Below are positions 20,018 through 28,785 of a stretch of 64,000 bases of DNA, one piece after another. Below the pieces are notes generated by a model. The model was not told the DNA's origin. It did no database searches and saw nothing but the letters and a program-made list of their open reading frames with translations. A program made the translations under genes and the position numbers. Position 1 is the stretch's first letter; each line of letters starts with the position of its first letter. Source of the DNA: an uncultured Burkholderiales bacterium (GTDB lineage: Bacteria; Pseudomonadota; Gammaproteobacteria; Burkholderiales; Burkholderiaceae_C); assembly GCA_903932865.1 (NCBI GenBank), contig CAIZHQ010000020.1, positions 34,001-98,000 of the forward strand. The letters run 5' to 3'.

Positions 20018-21211
20018 ATGTTGCTTTTCCCCTTTGAGACAAGGCGCTTTGCCCTCCTGCGCCCTGCCTGCTGCTTGGCCACGCTAGCCCTGTCCGTGGG
20101 CCTGCTCGGATGGGCTTCGGTCGGGTGGGCGCAAACCCCTGCAGCCGCCGAGGAAGCCATCAAAAAAGCCATTCAGGGCGGACAGCTCGAGCAAGCTCGC
20201 CAAATGGTTCAAAAGGAACGCAAGAATGCTCCCCAGGCCGTGCAATGGCGGTTCATGGAGGGCGTGATTCAAGCCCAACAAGGTCAAATCGACAAGGCCA
20301 TCGACACCTTCAAGCACATCACCCAAACGCATCCCGACCAATCCGAGGCTTATAACAACCTGGGTGTGCTTTACGCCTCCAAAGGCCAGCTTGACACCTC
20401 CAAAGCCTTTCTTGAAAAAGCCTTGCAAACCCACCCCAGCTACGCAGCAGCCCACCGCAACCTGTCGGATGTGCACAGTCAACTGGCCAAACAAAACTAT
20501 GCCAAGGCCCTGCAGGTCGACCCCAAGGCCAAGACCACCGCCCCTCAATTGACCTTGCTGGGCAGCATGGGCAGCGAGCTGCGTGGCCAGGCTCCCGCCC
20601 AAAACGTGGCTGCGCTCACGCGACCTGCGGATCAAACGCCGGCCCCGGGCCAAGCCGCCAGCCAAGTCCCAACGCCAGTCAACGCAGCGACTCCAGCTTC
20701 GCCAACGCCCGCAGCAGCCAAAGAGGCCCCCATCGTGATGGCCGTCACGCCCACTGCAAGTGCCTCGTCAGCGCGTGCGGCCACAGTGGCACCAGCCAAG
20801 ACCATCCCGCCTGTTGCGGTGGCGGCGCCAGTCGCACCCCCAGCAGCAAGCCCTTCAGCCGACGCCCGACAAGCAGACCGTGCTGACATCGAAAAAGCGG
20901 TGCAGGAGTGGGCCAACGCCTGGAGCAACAAAGACATGGCGCGTTATTACGCTGCTTACGCCAACAACTTCACACCCGCCAACCGGGTCACACGTGCCCA
21001 ATGGGAGAGTGACCGCCGTCTCCGAATCGTGTCCAAAAAATCGATCTCGGTGGAGGTGCGGGAGATGAACATCAGCAACAATGGCGAGACGGCATCGGCC
21101 CGCTTCCAGCAGCTGTACACCTCGGACAATTTGAAGGGCAGCAGCCGCAAGACCCTCGACATGGTGCGGATCGGTAACCGCTGGCTCATCGTGCGCGAGT
21201 CGGTGAATTGA
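20018..21211 (+). CDS. secreted TPR-repeat protein with Ala/Pro-rich linker and C-terminal SnoaL/NTF2-like (Cds6-type) domain
   Basis: Signal-like N-terminus (LLFPFETRRFALLRPACCLATLALSVGLLGWASVGWAQT). TPR repeats (AYNNLGVLYASKGQLDTSKAFLEKALQTHPSYAAAHRNL). C-terminus WANAWSNKDMARYYAAYANNF. Confidence 0.8.
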   Translation: MLLFPFETRRFALLRPACCLATLALSVGLLGWASVGWAQTPAAAEEAIKKAIQGGQLEQARQMVQKERKNAPQAVQWRFMEGVIQAQQGQIDKAIDTFKHITQTHPDQSEAYNNLGVLYASKGQLDTSKAFLEKALQTHPSYAAAHRNLSDVHSQLAKQNYAKALQVDPKAKTTAPQLTLLGSMGSELRGQAPAQNVAALTRPADQTPAPGQAASQVPTPVNAATPASPTPAAAKEAPIVMAVTPTASASSARAATVAPAKTIPPVAVAAPVAPPAASPSADARQADRADIEKAVQEWANAWSNKDMARYYAAYANNFTPANRVTRAQWESDRRLRIVSKKSISVEVREMNISNNGETASARFQQLYTSDNLKGSSRKTLDMVRIGNRWLIVRESVN

Positions 21212-21330
21212 GTTCTAGACGCGGCTTGCCGCCTTCCGATTCCCAGGGCCGCTGCAGCGTCAAGACCTCTCTCGCCTCACTGTCCAAAACCCAGCCTTGG
21301 CGAGTAAAAGGTCTAGGCTGGCTCGGTGTG

Positions 21331-22617
21331 ATGATGATTTTGGTGACCTCTTTCTGGTGGTGGGCTGACACCGAAGGCTCAAACATGAAAAATGCTTGGG
21401 GCCAAGTCAGCCACAGTTTGGGCTTGCCATCATCGCCAGCCCTGCAATGGCGTCTGGCCTTCAACCCACTGCCCGAGGGGTCACAAGCACCCATCACACC
21501 AGACCCCGAGCAATCGGTGCGACAAATTTACGCCCAACTGGGCGAGGGTGAACGGGCTCAGGCCCTGGCGACGGCCAGCATGCTGGTCGCGCGCTTTCCC
21601 AACTTCCAGCTTGGACAGTTGCTTTACGCAGATTTGCTCAACATCAGCACGGCCAATCCCGTGGACTGGCCTGCTGCGGATGACAACAATGCCGCCTCTT
21701 TGCGCAAGCGCCTGGATGAACTGATCCTGGAATCCAAACGCCGTCTTCAGCGTGACAGCGCACAAAGCCTGCAGGGGAAAATCCCGACTGCCTTGGCATT
21801 CCTCAGCCCACAGCAAGCCTACGTGGCGGCCGTGGACGCCTCCAAATCGCGTCTCTACTGGTTTCAAAACCGCAGTGGCAGCGATGGTCGATTGCAACTG
21901 CACTTGGTCAAGGAAAGCTACATCTCGGTGGGTATCAACGGGGTCGGCAAAGACAAAGAGGGCGATGGCAAAACACCACTGGGCGTTTACTTCATCCTGC
22001 GCAATTTGCCTGGCGAGGGTCTGCCCGATTTGTTTGGCGCAGGGGCCTTGACGCTGAATTACCCCAATGCGGTGGACCTGATGCGGAAAAAAACAGGTTC
22101 AGGCATCTGGTTGCACGGTACGCCCAGTGCCCAGTACGCGAGAGCCCCTGAGTCCACCGATGGCTGCGTGGTGCTCTCCAACCCTGAGATGGGGCGATTG
22201 CTGCAAATGCCCGATTTGCGCATGACACCAGTGATCCTTGCCGAGCAACTCGAATGGGTGAACGCAGAACAAGCCGGGCAGACATGGGTCGCCTTCAAAC
22301 CAACGCTCGACAAGTGGATGCAGGCACGCAACGGCCGCGACCCCGAGGCCCTGAAAATACACTACAGCCCGCGCTATGAACAAGACGGCATGGCTTTGAC
22401 GCAAGTCTGGCCTCGATTGGCCCAAACCACCCTGGGTTACAGCCAAACCCAGCCGCTGGAATTGGTGTCTGTTTTGAACTGGAAAGACCAAGACAACACC
22501 ATGGTGGTGACGATGAAAGACCCCAACCAGACCCATCCACAAGGTGCAGCCTATTTGCGCACTTATTGGCAAAAGGAAAATGGTCAATGGCGGCTGGTCT
22601 TTCAGGGGCCCACCTGA
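21331..22617 (+). CDS. L,D-transpeptidase (YkuD) family protein
   Basis: Catalytic block SGIWLHGTPSAQYARAPESTDGCVVLSN. I place the start at MMILVTSFWWW; the ORF is open from 21208, so the start is uncertain. Confidence 0.8.
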   Translation: MMILVTSFWWWADTEGSNMKNAWGQVSHSLGLPSSPALQWRLAFNPLPEGSQAPITPDPEQSVRQIYAQLGEGERAQALATASMLVARFPNFQLGQLLYADLLNISTANPVDWPAADDNNAASLRKRLDELILESKRRLQRDSAQSLQGKIPTALAFLSPQQAYVAAVDASKSRLYWFQNRSGSDGRLQLHLVKESYISVGINGVGKDKEGDGKTPLGVYFILRNLPGEGLPDLFGAGALTLNYPNAVDLMRKKTGSGIWLHGTPSAQYARAPESTDGCVVLSNPEMGRLLQMPDLRMTPVILAEQLEWVNAEQAGQTWVAFKPTLDKWMQARNGRDPEALKIHYSPRYEQDGMALTQVWPRLAQTTLGYSQTQPLELVSVLNWKDQDNTMVVTMKDPNQTHPQGAAYLRTYWQKENGQWRLVFQGPT

Positions 22618-22638
22618 ACGCGCCCACCTTGACCCCGA

Positions 22639-22950
22639 ATGTCACGCAGCCAAACCCTCATGAACACCCACATCCCGTTTTTCAATGCCCGCGTTGCTCC
22701 TGACGGCGGCAGTTTTGACGCCTGGAAAACGCAGAGCTTGCTCGACTCGCTGGAGCAAGGCGGCCTGCAGTGGCCCAGTTCCTGCCGATCGGGCACTTGC
22801 CGCACTTGCATGGGGCAACTGGTCTCTGGACAGGTGCATTACGAAATGGCCTGGCCTGGCCTCACGTCCGAAGAAAAAGCCGAGGGCTGCGTATTGCCCT
22901 GCGTGGCACGCCCCCTGAGCGATGTGGTGCTGCAAGACCCCTTTGCATGA
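22639..22950 (+). CDS. plant-type [2Fe-2S] ferredoxin (YfaE-like)
   Basis: 103 aa with CRSGTCRTC plus a distal LPCVA cysteine. Confidence 0.8.
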   Translation: MSRSQTLMNTHIPFFNARVAPDGGSFDAWKTQSLLDSLEQGGLQWPSSCRSGTCRTCMGQLVSGQVHYEMAWPGLTSEEKAEGCVLPCVARPLSDVVLQDPFA

Positions 22951-22968
22951 CCCAAGTGCCATCGTGTG

Positions 22969-24531
22969 TCAGGCATCATCCAGCCCCAATTCCTGGATTT
23001 TTCGGGTGATGGTGTTGCGCCCAATGCCCAGTTTTTGCGCCGCCTCGATACGTCGGCCCCGCGTGGTCGCCAGCGCCGCCTGAATCAGACTGGTTTCAAA
23101 GCGTCGGGTGAGCGCGTCCCACACATCGGTACGGCCTGATTTGAGCAAGGCCAGGGCCTCTTGCTCCAAGCCGGGCTCCCAACCCAAAACACCGGGGTTG
23201 ACCACGGCGGCGTCAAAAGGCGTTGCCAAGTTGTATGCGTTCAAAGGGCGATCATGGCTGGCAAGTTGGCCCGGCTCTGACATCCCCAGCGCGGTCTCAG
23301 CCAAGCCGCCCCCCAGTCCAGAAGACAACGCCGAAAAAGCGGCCGGCACGGCCGAGGCAGAGCCTGCAGATCCCAACACCTCGGGCGGCAGGTCCTTGAC
23401 TTCAATCACCTGAGTTGGGGCCATCACCGTGAGCCAATGGCAGATGTTTTCAAGCTGGCGCACATTGCCAGGAAACTGGAATTGGCCCAAGCGCTCGAGC
23501 GCAGCGTCGGCCATGCGTTTGGGGTCCACACCCAGTTGTTGGGCACTGCGCTGCAGGAAGTAACGCGCCAGCACGTCCACGTCTTCACGCCGCTCGCGCA
23601 GCGCTGGCAAGCGCAGGCGTATGACGTTCAGGCGGTGGTACAAGTCTTCGCGGAACACGCCTTCCTTGACGCGCTGCTCCAGGTCCTGGTGGGTGGCGGC
23701 GATCACGCGCACATTGGCCTTGACAGCGCTGTGCCCCCCCACGCGGTAAAAATGCCCGTCGGACAAGACGCGCAGCAAACGCGTTTGCAAATCAAAAGGC
23801 ATGTCGCCGATTTCGTCCAGAAACAAGGTGCCGCCGTCGGCTTGCTCAAAGCGCCCTCGGCGCGAAGCTTGCGCGCCCGTGAAGGCACCACGCTCGTGAC
23901 CAAAGAGTTCGCTCTCCAGCAAGTCCTTGGGAATGGCCGCGGTGTTGATGGCCACAAAAGGCTGCTGGGCACGCGGCGAGTGTTTGTGCAGCGCATGCGC
24001 CACCAGCTCTTTGCCCGAACCCGACTCGCCCGTGATCAAGACCGTCACATGGCTTTGTGCCAAACGGCCAATACCGCGAAACACGTCCTGCATGGCGGGC
24101 GCTTGGCCCAGCATTTCGGGGGCGTCTGCCATTTTTTCTTCGGCCACGTCTTCGCGCTGGCTCTCACCCACCGCGCGGCGGATCAGTTCCACGGCCTTGG
24201 GCAAATCAAAGGGTTTGGGCAGGTACTCGAAAGCCCCGCTTTGAAAGGCAGAGACTGCGCTGTCCAGATCGGAAAACGCCGTCATGATGATGACCGGCAA
24301 ACCGGGCATGCGTTGTTTGATGGCCTTGAGCAAATCCAGACCCGAACCACCAGGCATGCGGATGTCGCTGACCAGCACCTGCGGGCCGTCGCTGTCGCTT
24401 TCGGCCTCCAGCGCTTTCATCACCTCGCGTGGGTTGGTGAAGCTGCGCGTGGGCAATCCTTCGCGCAGCAATGCTTTTTCGAGCACAAAGCGGATGGATT
24501 GGTCATCGTCTACGATCCAGATCGGCTTCAT
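22969..24531 (-). CDS. ntrC: nitrogen regulation protein NR(I), sigma-54-dependent response regulator
   Basis: ORF trimmed from TTG to the ATG at 24529-24531 ([17 protein letters not shown]). It has a receiver domain, an AAA+ domain ([23 protein letters not shown]) and a C-terminal Fis-type HTH ([20 protein letters not shown]). Confidence 0.93.
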   Translation of the reverse strand: MKPIWIVDDDQSIRFVLEKALLREGLPTRSFTNPREVMKALEAESDSDGPQVLVSDIRMPGGSGLDLLKAIKQRMPGLPVIIMTAFSDLDSAVSAFQSGAFEYLPKPFDLPKAVELIRRAVGESQREDVAEEKMADAPEMLGQAPAMQDVFRGIGRLAQSHVTVLITGESGSGKELVAHALHKHSPRAQQPFVAINTAAIPKDLLESELFGHERGAFTGAQASRRGRFEQADGGTLFLDEIGDMPFDLQTRLLRVLSDGHFYRVGGHSAVKANVRVIAATHQDLEQRVKEGVFREDLYHRLNVIRLRLPALRERREDVDVLARYFLQRSAQQLGVDPKRMADAALERLGQFQFPGNVRQLENICHWLTVMAPTQVIEVKDLPPEVLGSAGSASAVPAAFSALSSGLGGGLAETALGMSEPGQLASHDRPLNAYNLATPFDAAVVNPGVLGWEPGLEQEALALLKSGRTDVWDALTRRFETSLIQAALATTRGRRIEAAQKLGIGRNTITRKIQELGLDDA

Positions 24532-24566
24532 CAAAGTGGCACTTTCTGTGGTCAAACTGGTGTGCT

Positions 24567-25628
24567 TCAAGGCAGAGGAATCAGGATCTTGAAGTCCGTA
24601 CGGCCCGGCTCACTGTCACACTCGATCAGGCCATGGTGTTGCTGCACAAAGGTTTGCGCCAATGTCAGCCCCAGGCCCGAGCCGCCTTCGCGCCCCGAAA
24701 TCAACGGGAAGAAAATGCGGTCCTTGATCGAGTCTGGAACACCAGGCCCGTTGTCCATCACATGCAATTCCAATGCCAGGCGATAACGCTGCTTGCCAAA
24801 CGTGACTTGCCTCAAGATCCGGGTCTTGAGCATGATCTGCGCATCGCCTTGCGCCACGCGCTCTTGCAAGGCCTGCGCCGCGTTGTGCGCGATGTTGAGC
24901 ACGGCCTGGATGAGCTGTTCGCGGTCGCCGCGAAACTCGGGGATCGAGATGTCGTAATCGCGAACCACCTTCAGTCCCCGGGGGAACTCGGCCAGGATCA
25001 GGGCTCGCACGCGCTCGCACACCTCGTGGATGTTCACATCACCCACCACATGCGGCCTGCGGTGCGGAGCCAGCAAGCGGTCCACCAGCGTCTGCAGCCG
25101 GTCAGCCTCGTGGATGATGACTTGCGTGTACTCGGTCAGCTCCTTGTCGTCGAGCTCCATCTCCAGCAATTGTGCCGAACCGCGAATGCCGCCCAGCGGG
25201 TTCTTGATCTCGTGGGCCAGGTTGCGGATCAACTCTTTGTTGGCTTGGGCCTGGTCGAGCAGCCGCTCTTCACGATCTTGCCGGGTTTGCTGCTCCACCG
25301 GCAGCAACTCCACGATCACTTCGTCTGGCAGATCGGTCAAAGCCACGATCACGTGCACGGGCAAAGGCTCGTCGTGGTGCAGGCGGCGCAGATGGGCTTC
25401 GTAGCGCAGCGCGGCAAACTCGTTGGACTGGGCACCGGACAAGGCCATGATCAGGGGCTGCGGATCGACAAAATAGTCGGGCAAATACGCGTCGTGCAGC
25501 GTGCGCCTGGACAAGCCCAAAGCATCTTCGAGCGCGGCATTGACAAAGCGCACATGCCCTTGACCTTGCATCACGGCCACGGGCGTAGCCAGCAGGTCAA
25601 AGGCCTGGAATCGATTGGGTTTGTTCAT
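24567..25628 (-). CDS. ntrB: nitrogen regulation sensor histidine kinase NR(II)
   Basis: ORF trimmed to MNKPNRFQAFDLL. Its ATG overlaps the upstream stop as ATGA. It has a PAS-like N-terminus, the H-box LAHEIKNPLGGIRG, and the G-box SGREGGSGLGL. Confidence 0.92.
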   Translation of the reverse strand: MNKPNRFQAFDLLATPVAVMQGQGHVRFVNAALEDALGLSRRTLHDAYLPDYFVDPQPLIMALSGAQSNEFAALRYEAHLRRLHHDEPLPVHVIVALTDLPDEVIVELLPVEQQTRQDREERLLDQAQANKELIRNLAHEIKNPLGGIRGSAQLLEMELDDKELTEYTQVIIHEADRLQTLVDRLLAPHRRPHVVGDVNIHEVCERVRALILAEFPRGLKVVRDYDISIPEFRGDREQLIQAVLNIAHNAAQALQERVAQGDAQIMLKTRILRQVTFGKQRYRLALELHVMDNGPGVPDSIKDRIFFPLISGREGGSGLGLTLAQTFVQQHHGLIECDSEPGRTDFKILIPLP

Positions 25629-26224
25629 GGTGTGCGGCGGCTGGTCTGAACAGTGCGGCGCACCAGCTCGCGTTGCAGACTGTCGATGTCGCGTTCGGTT
25701 CGCTCGATGGCCGCCTTCATATCGGCCACACGGTCCAGGTATTTCTGGTGGTGACGGGTTTCGGTGGCCCACTTCTCTGGCTCGCCGTGGTTGTAGCTTT
25801 GCAGCAACTGCACCAATTGTGCTCGGGCCTTGTCCAGCTCCTGAGTCAAGATGGTGCGCGCTTGCGCATCGCGCTCGCTCTGCTGCACATCCGGGGTGCG
25901 GGCCGTCAATGCGGAAGGGCCAATCGGACCCGGCGAAGCAGGTTCAGCAACACCAGGATCGGGCTTGGTGCTGCGGGCTGAAACGGCAGTGGGAGCGGCA
26001 GCAGGCGAAGGTGCGGGGCGGGTGCCGTTGATCACGGTGATGGCCTGTTGGGCCAAGGGTTCGCACAATCCAGGCTCACGCGGGGCATTGGTGTACTCCT
26101 GGCCGCAGCGGTAAACAGCTTGCTGGGCTTGCGTGGCCATGCCTGCGCTGAGCAAAAGCAAAAAAAGGACGGCCGAGGCCGTCCTTTCAGGGCATTGCAC
26201 AGGTGGGTGTGCAATGGTGACCAT
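25625..26224 (-). CDS. DUF4124-type secreted protein (between glnA and ntrB)
   Basis: 199 aa with signal-like AVLFLLLLSAGMATQAQQ followed by AVYRCGQEYTNAP, and a coiled-coil-like C-terminus. The start is uncertain (ATG 26224 or GTG 26200), and an intrinsic terminator lies inside the 5' end. Confidence 0.7.
   Translation of the reverse strand: MVTIAHPPVQCPERTASAVLFLLLLSAGMATQAQQAVYRCGQEYTNAPREPGLCEPLAQQAITVINGTRPAPSPAAAPTAVSARSTKPDPGVAEPASPGPIGPSALTARTPDVQQSERDAQARTILTQELDKARAQLVQLLQSYNHGEPEKWATETRHHQKYLDRVADMKAAIERTERDIDSLQRELVRRTVQTSRRTP
26160..26187 (-). terminator. strong intrinsic terminator downstream of glnA
   Basis: The minus strand reads AAAGGACGGCCTCGGCCGTCCTTTTTTTGCTTTTG. The stem is GGACGGC/GCCGTCC extended by AAA/UUU, with a 4-nt loop and a U-run. 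It lies about 43-70 nt after the glnA stop. Confidence 0.8.
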
Positions 26225-26229
26225 GGTGC

Positions 26230-27645
26230 TTAGAGTGAGTAATACATGTCGTACTCAACCGGCGACACTTCAACACGGCTGCGGTTGACTTCTTGCATCT
26301 TCAAATCGATGTAGGCGTCGATCCACGAGTCGGTGAACACGCCACCCTTGGTCAAGAAAGCGCGGTCGGCGTTCAAAGCATCCAAAGCCTGGTCCAAGCT
26401 GGAGCACACGGTGGGGACCAACTTGTCTTCTTCTGGCGGCAAGTGGTACAGGTCTTTGGTCGCTGCTTCGCCGGGATGGATCTTGTTTTCGATACCGTCC
26501 AGGCCCGCCATCAACAAGGCCGCAAAGCCGAGATAAGGGTTGCACAATGGATCTGGGAAGCGGGCTTCCACGCGGCGGCCCTTGTCGCTGGCGACATTGG
26601 GGATGCGGATCGAGGCGGAGCGGTTCTTGGCCGAGTAAGCCAATTTGACCGGCGCTTCGTAGTGGGGAACCAAACGCTTGTAGCTGTTGGTGCCGGGGTT
26701 GGTGATCGCGTTCAGGGCACGGGCGTGTTTGATGATGCCGCCAATGTAGAACAAGGCGAACTCAGACAAGCCCGCGTAGCCATTGCCTGCAAACAGGTTC
26801 TTACCGTCTTTCCAGATGGACTGGTGAACGTGCATGCCCGAACCGTTGTCGCCCGCATAGGGCTTGGGCATGAAGGTGGCGGTTTTGCCGTAGGCGTTGG
26901 CCACGTTGTGGATCACGTACTTTTGCAGCAGTGTCCAGTCGGCGCGCTCCACCAAGGTGGAAAAACGGGTGCCGATTTCGCACTGGCCTGCGCCTGCCAC
27001 TTCGTGGTGGTGCACTTCGACCGGGATGCCCACGGACTCGAGGATCAGCGACATTTCGCTGCGCATGTCGTGGGTGCTGTCGACGGGAGGCACGGGGAAG
27101 TAGCCGCCCTTGACCCGGTTGCGGTGGCCTTTATTGCCGCCGTCCATCTTGGTGCCGCTGTTCCATGGGGCTTCGGCTTCGTCGATGGCGTAGAAGGTGT
27201 TGTTCGGCTCGGTGCTCCAACGCACTTCGTCAAACAAGAAGAATTCTGGTTCGGGACCGAAATAGGCGGTATCGCCCAAGCCCGATTGCTTGAGGTAAGT
27301 CTCAGCGCGCTTGGCGATCGAACGGGGGTCACGCTCGTAAGCCTTGCCGTCTGTCGGCTCGATCACGTCGCAAATCATGACCAAAGTCACCTCTTCGAAA
27401 AAGGGGTCGATGATGGCGCTGTTCGGATCGGGGATCAACAACATGTCCGAAGCTTCAATGCCTTTCCAACCCGCAATCGAAGAGCCGTCAAACGCTTGAC
27501 CGTCTTCGAACTTGCTTTCGTCAAACTGCGACACGGGCGCAGTGATGTGCTGCCATTTGCCACGGGTATCGGTGAAACGGAAGTCAACAAACTTGACTTC
27601 ATTCTCTTTCACCATCTTCATCACGTCTGCGACGGTCTTGGCCAT
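26230..27645 (-). CDS. glnA: glutamine synthetase type I
   Basis: The ORF-track first codon is TTG; I use the ATG at 27643-27645 ([12 protein letters not shown]), which is preceded by AGGAG. It has GSGMHVHQS and the adenylylation-type motif [10 protein letters not shown]. Confidence 0.96.
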   Translation of the reverse strand: MAKTVADVMKMVKENEVKFVDFRFTDTRGKWQHITAPVSQFDESKFEDGQAFDGSSIAGWKGIEASDMLLIPDPNSAIIDPFFEEVTLVMICDVIEPTDGKAYERDPRSIAKRAETYLKQSGLGDTAYFGPEPEFFLFDEVRWSTEPNNTFYAIDEAEAPWNSGTKMDGGNKGHRNRVKGGYFPVPPVDSTHDMRSEMSLILESVGIPVEVHHHEVAGAGQCEIGTRFSTLVERADWTLLQKYVIHNVANAYGKTATFMPKPYAGDNGSGMHVHQSIWKDGKNLFAGNGYAGLSEFALFYIGGIIKHARALNAITNPGTNSYKRLVPHYEAPVKLAYSAKNRSASIRIPNVASDKGRRVEARFPDPLCNPYLGFAALLMAGLDGIENKIHPGEAATKDLYHLPPEEDKLVPTVCSSLDQALDALNADRAFLTKGGVFTDSWIDAYIDLKMQEVNRSRVEVSPVEYDMYYSL

Positions 27646-27682
27646 CAAATTCTCCTGAATGGAAAGGGGTTAAAAAGCTTGC

Positions 27683-27698
27683 TCGCAAGTCTTGCAGT
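27683..27698 (-). promoter_or_regulatory. sigma-54 (-24/-12) promoter of glnA
   Basis: The minus strand reads TGGCACAGAAACTGCA, against the consensus TGGCAC-N5-TTGCA. It lies about 40-50 nt upstream of the glnA ATG. Confidence 0.75.
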
Positions 27699-27803
27699 TT
27701 CTGTGCCAACCAGGCCCGGACCACGCCACCGAACAACCCATGATTGTGCCCTGAGCAGCCCCGAATGGGCCTTGACGCTGCATAAAAAAGAGTCTGGCGT
27801 GAC

Positions 27804-27858
27804 CATGACTCAGAACGGAGGGCCTCATGGCTGAGAACGGAGGGCTATGGACTGAACT
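27804..27858. repeat. about 22-bp imperfect tandem repeat (about 2.5 copies) in the glnA upstream region
   Basis: The units are CATGACTCAGAACGGAGGGCCT, then CATGGCTGAGAACGGAGGGCTA, then a partial TGGACTGAAC. By hand count 18 of 22 positions are identical between the two full copies. Confidence 0.7.
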
Positions 27859-27884
27859 TGCGGATCTGTGGGTCACCCCACAAT

Positions 27885-27922
27885 TGCACTATTATGGTGC
27901 AATTGTGTCTTATATTGGTGCA
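27885..27922. promoter_or_regulatory. tandem NtrC-type enhancer sites upstream of glnA
   Basis: TGCACTATTATGGTGCA (27885-27901) matches TGCACC-N5-GGTGCA well. An adjacent weaker site is TGTCTTATATTGGTGCA (27906-27922), and there is a further GCACCA half-site at 27938-27943. Confidence 0.6.
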
Positions 27923-27923
27923 A

Positions 27924-28757
27924 TCAAGCTTCTCGCACCAATTCGGGGCCATATTCGAGCGTGAAAGCCTTCAGGCCTTGTCGCAAGTCGATGTAGGCCG
28001 CATCCGCGTTGGCGGGTTCACCTTTGACGCCCAGTTCAATGTGACGGCCCCATTGCGGGTGGTCCACGCTGGGCAGGCTGAACACCTTCACGCCCGGGTG
28101 CGCAGCCTCAATGGTCTCCATGAGCGGGGTCAAAGTTGCCTCCATCGCGCCCAAAACGATCACCGACTTCTCAACATAAGCGTGTTGGCGGAAACAGGCG
28201 CTGTACTGGCCGTCAAGCACCGAGGCAATCATGGGCCAGGCCATGACCGGAAAGCCCGGCACAAAGTGCACTGTGCCGCCACCCTTGCCCCGGCAACTGA
28301 AACCGGGAATCTTGTTGTAAGGGTTGCGAATGATTTCGGCGCCTACTGGGAAGGTGCCCATGTTCAGACGGTGGATGTTGTCTGGCCGATCTGGCTCGTA
28401 AGCCACGCCCTGCTCGCTGGCTGTGTCTTGCATACGCTCTTGAATCAAGCGCTTGGCCTCAGGGTGCAAGACCAGCGGCACGCCCAAGGCTTTGCCCGCG
28501 CATTGGCGGGTATGGTCGTCGGGCGTGGCGCCGATGCCGCCGCAGCTGAACACCACGTCAGCCGACTCCAAAGCGCGCTTCAATGTGGCCGTGATGCGCT
28601 CAGGCGAATCGCCCACGTATTCGGCCCAACTCAAGCTCAAGCCGCGCTCATTCATCAATTCGATGACTTTGGGCATGTGCTTGTCCTGGCGCTTGCCGGA
28701 CATGATTTCGTCGCCAATGATGATCAGGCCAAAGGTGGGGGTCATGGAAAAACTCAT
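27924..28757 (-). CDS. CinA-like / MoCF-binding (molybdopterin-binding) domain protein
   Basis: ORF trimmed to MSFSMTPTFGLIIIGDEIMSGKRQDKH. It has the GGIGATPDDHT motif typical of MoaB/MogA/CinA N-domains. Confidence 0.8.
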   Translation of the reverse strand: MSFSMTPTFGLIIIGDEIMSGKRQDKHMPKVIELMNERGLSLSWAEYVGDSPERITATLKRALESADVVFSCGGIGATPDDHTRQCAGKALGVPLVLHPEAKRLIQERMQDTASEQGVAYEPDRPDNIHRLNMGTFPVGAEIIRNPYNKIPGFSCRGKGGGTVHFVPGFPVMAWPMIASVLDGQYSACFRQHAYVEKSVIVLGAMEATLTPLMETIEAAHPGVKVFSLPSVDHPQWGRHIELGVKGEPANADAAYIDLRQGLKAFTLEYGPELVREA

Positions 28758-28785
28758 GGGTTCAAGTGAAAAGAACAGTCCGGCA

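Noticed and set aside
26195-26214. The palindrome TTGCACA-N6-TGTGCAA considered as an NtrC operator for an ntrBC promoter.
   Set aside because: The spacing is 1 bp longer than the NtrC consensus. The site lies upstream of the glnA terminator, so a promoter here would run straight into the terminator. It is mentioned under the terminator finding but not called as a feature.
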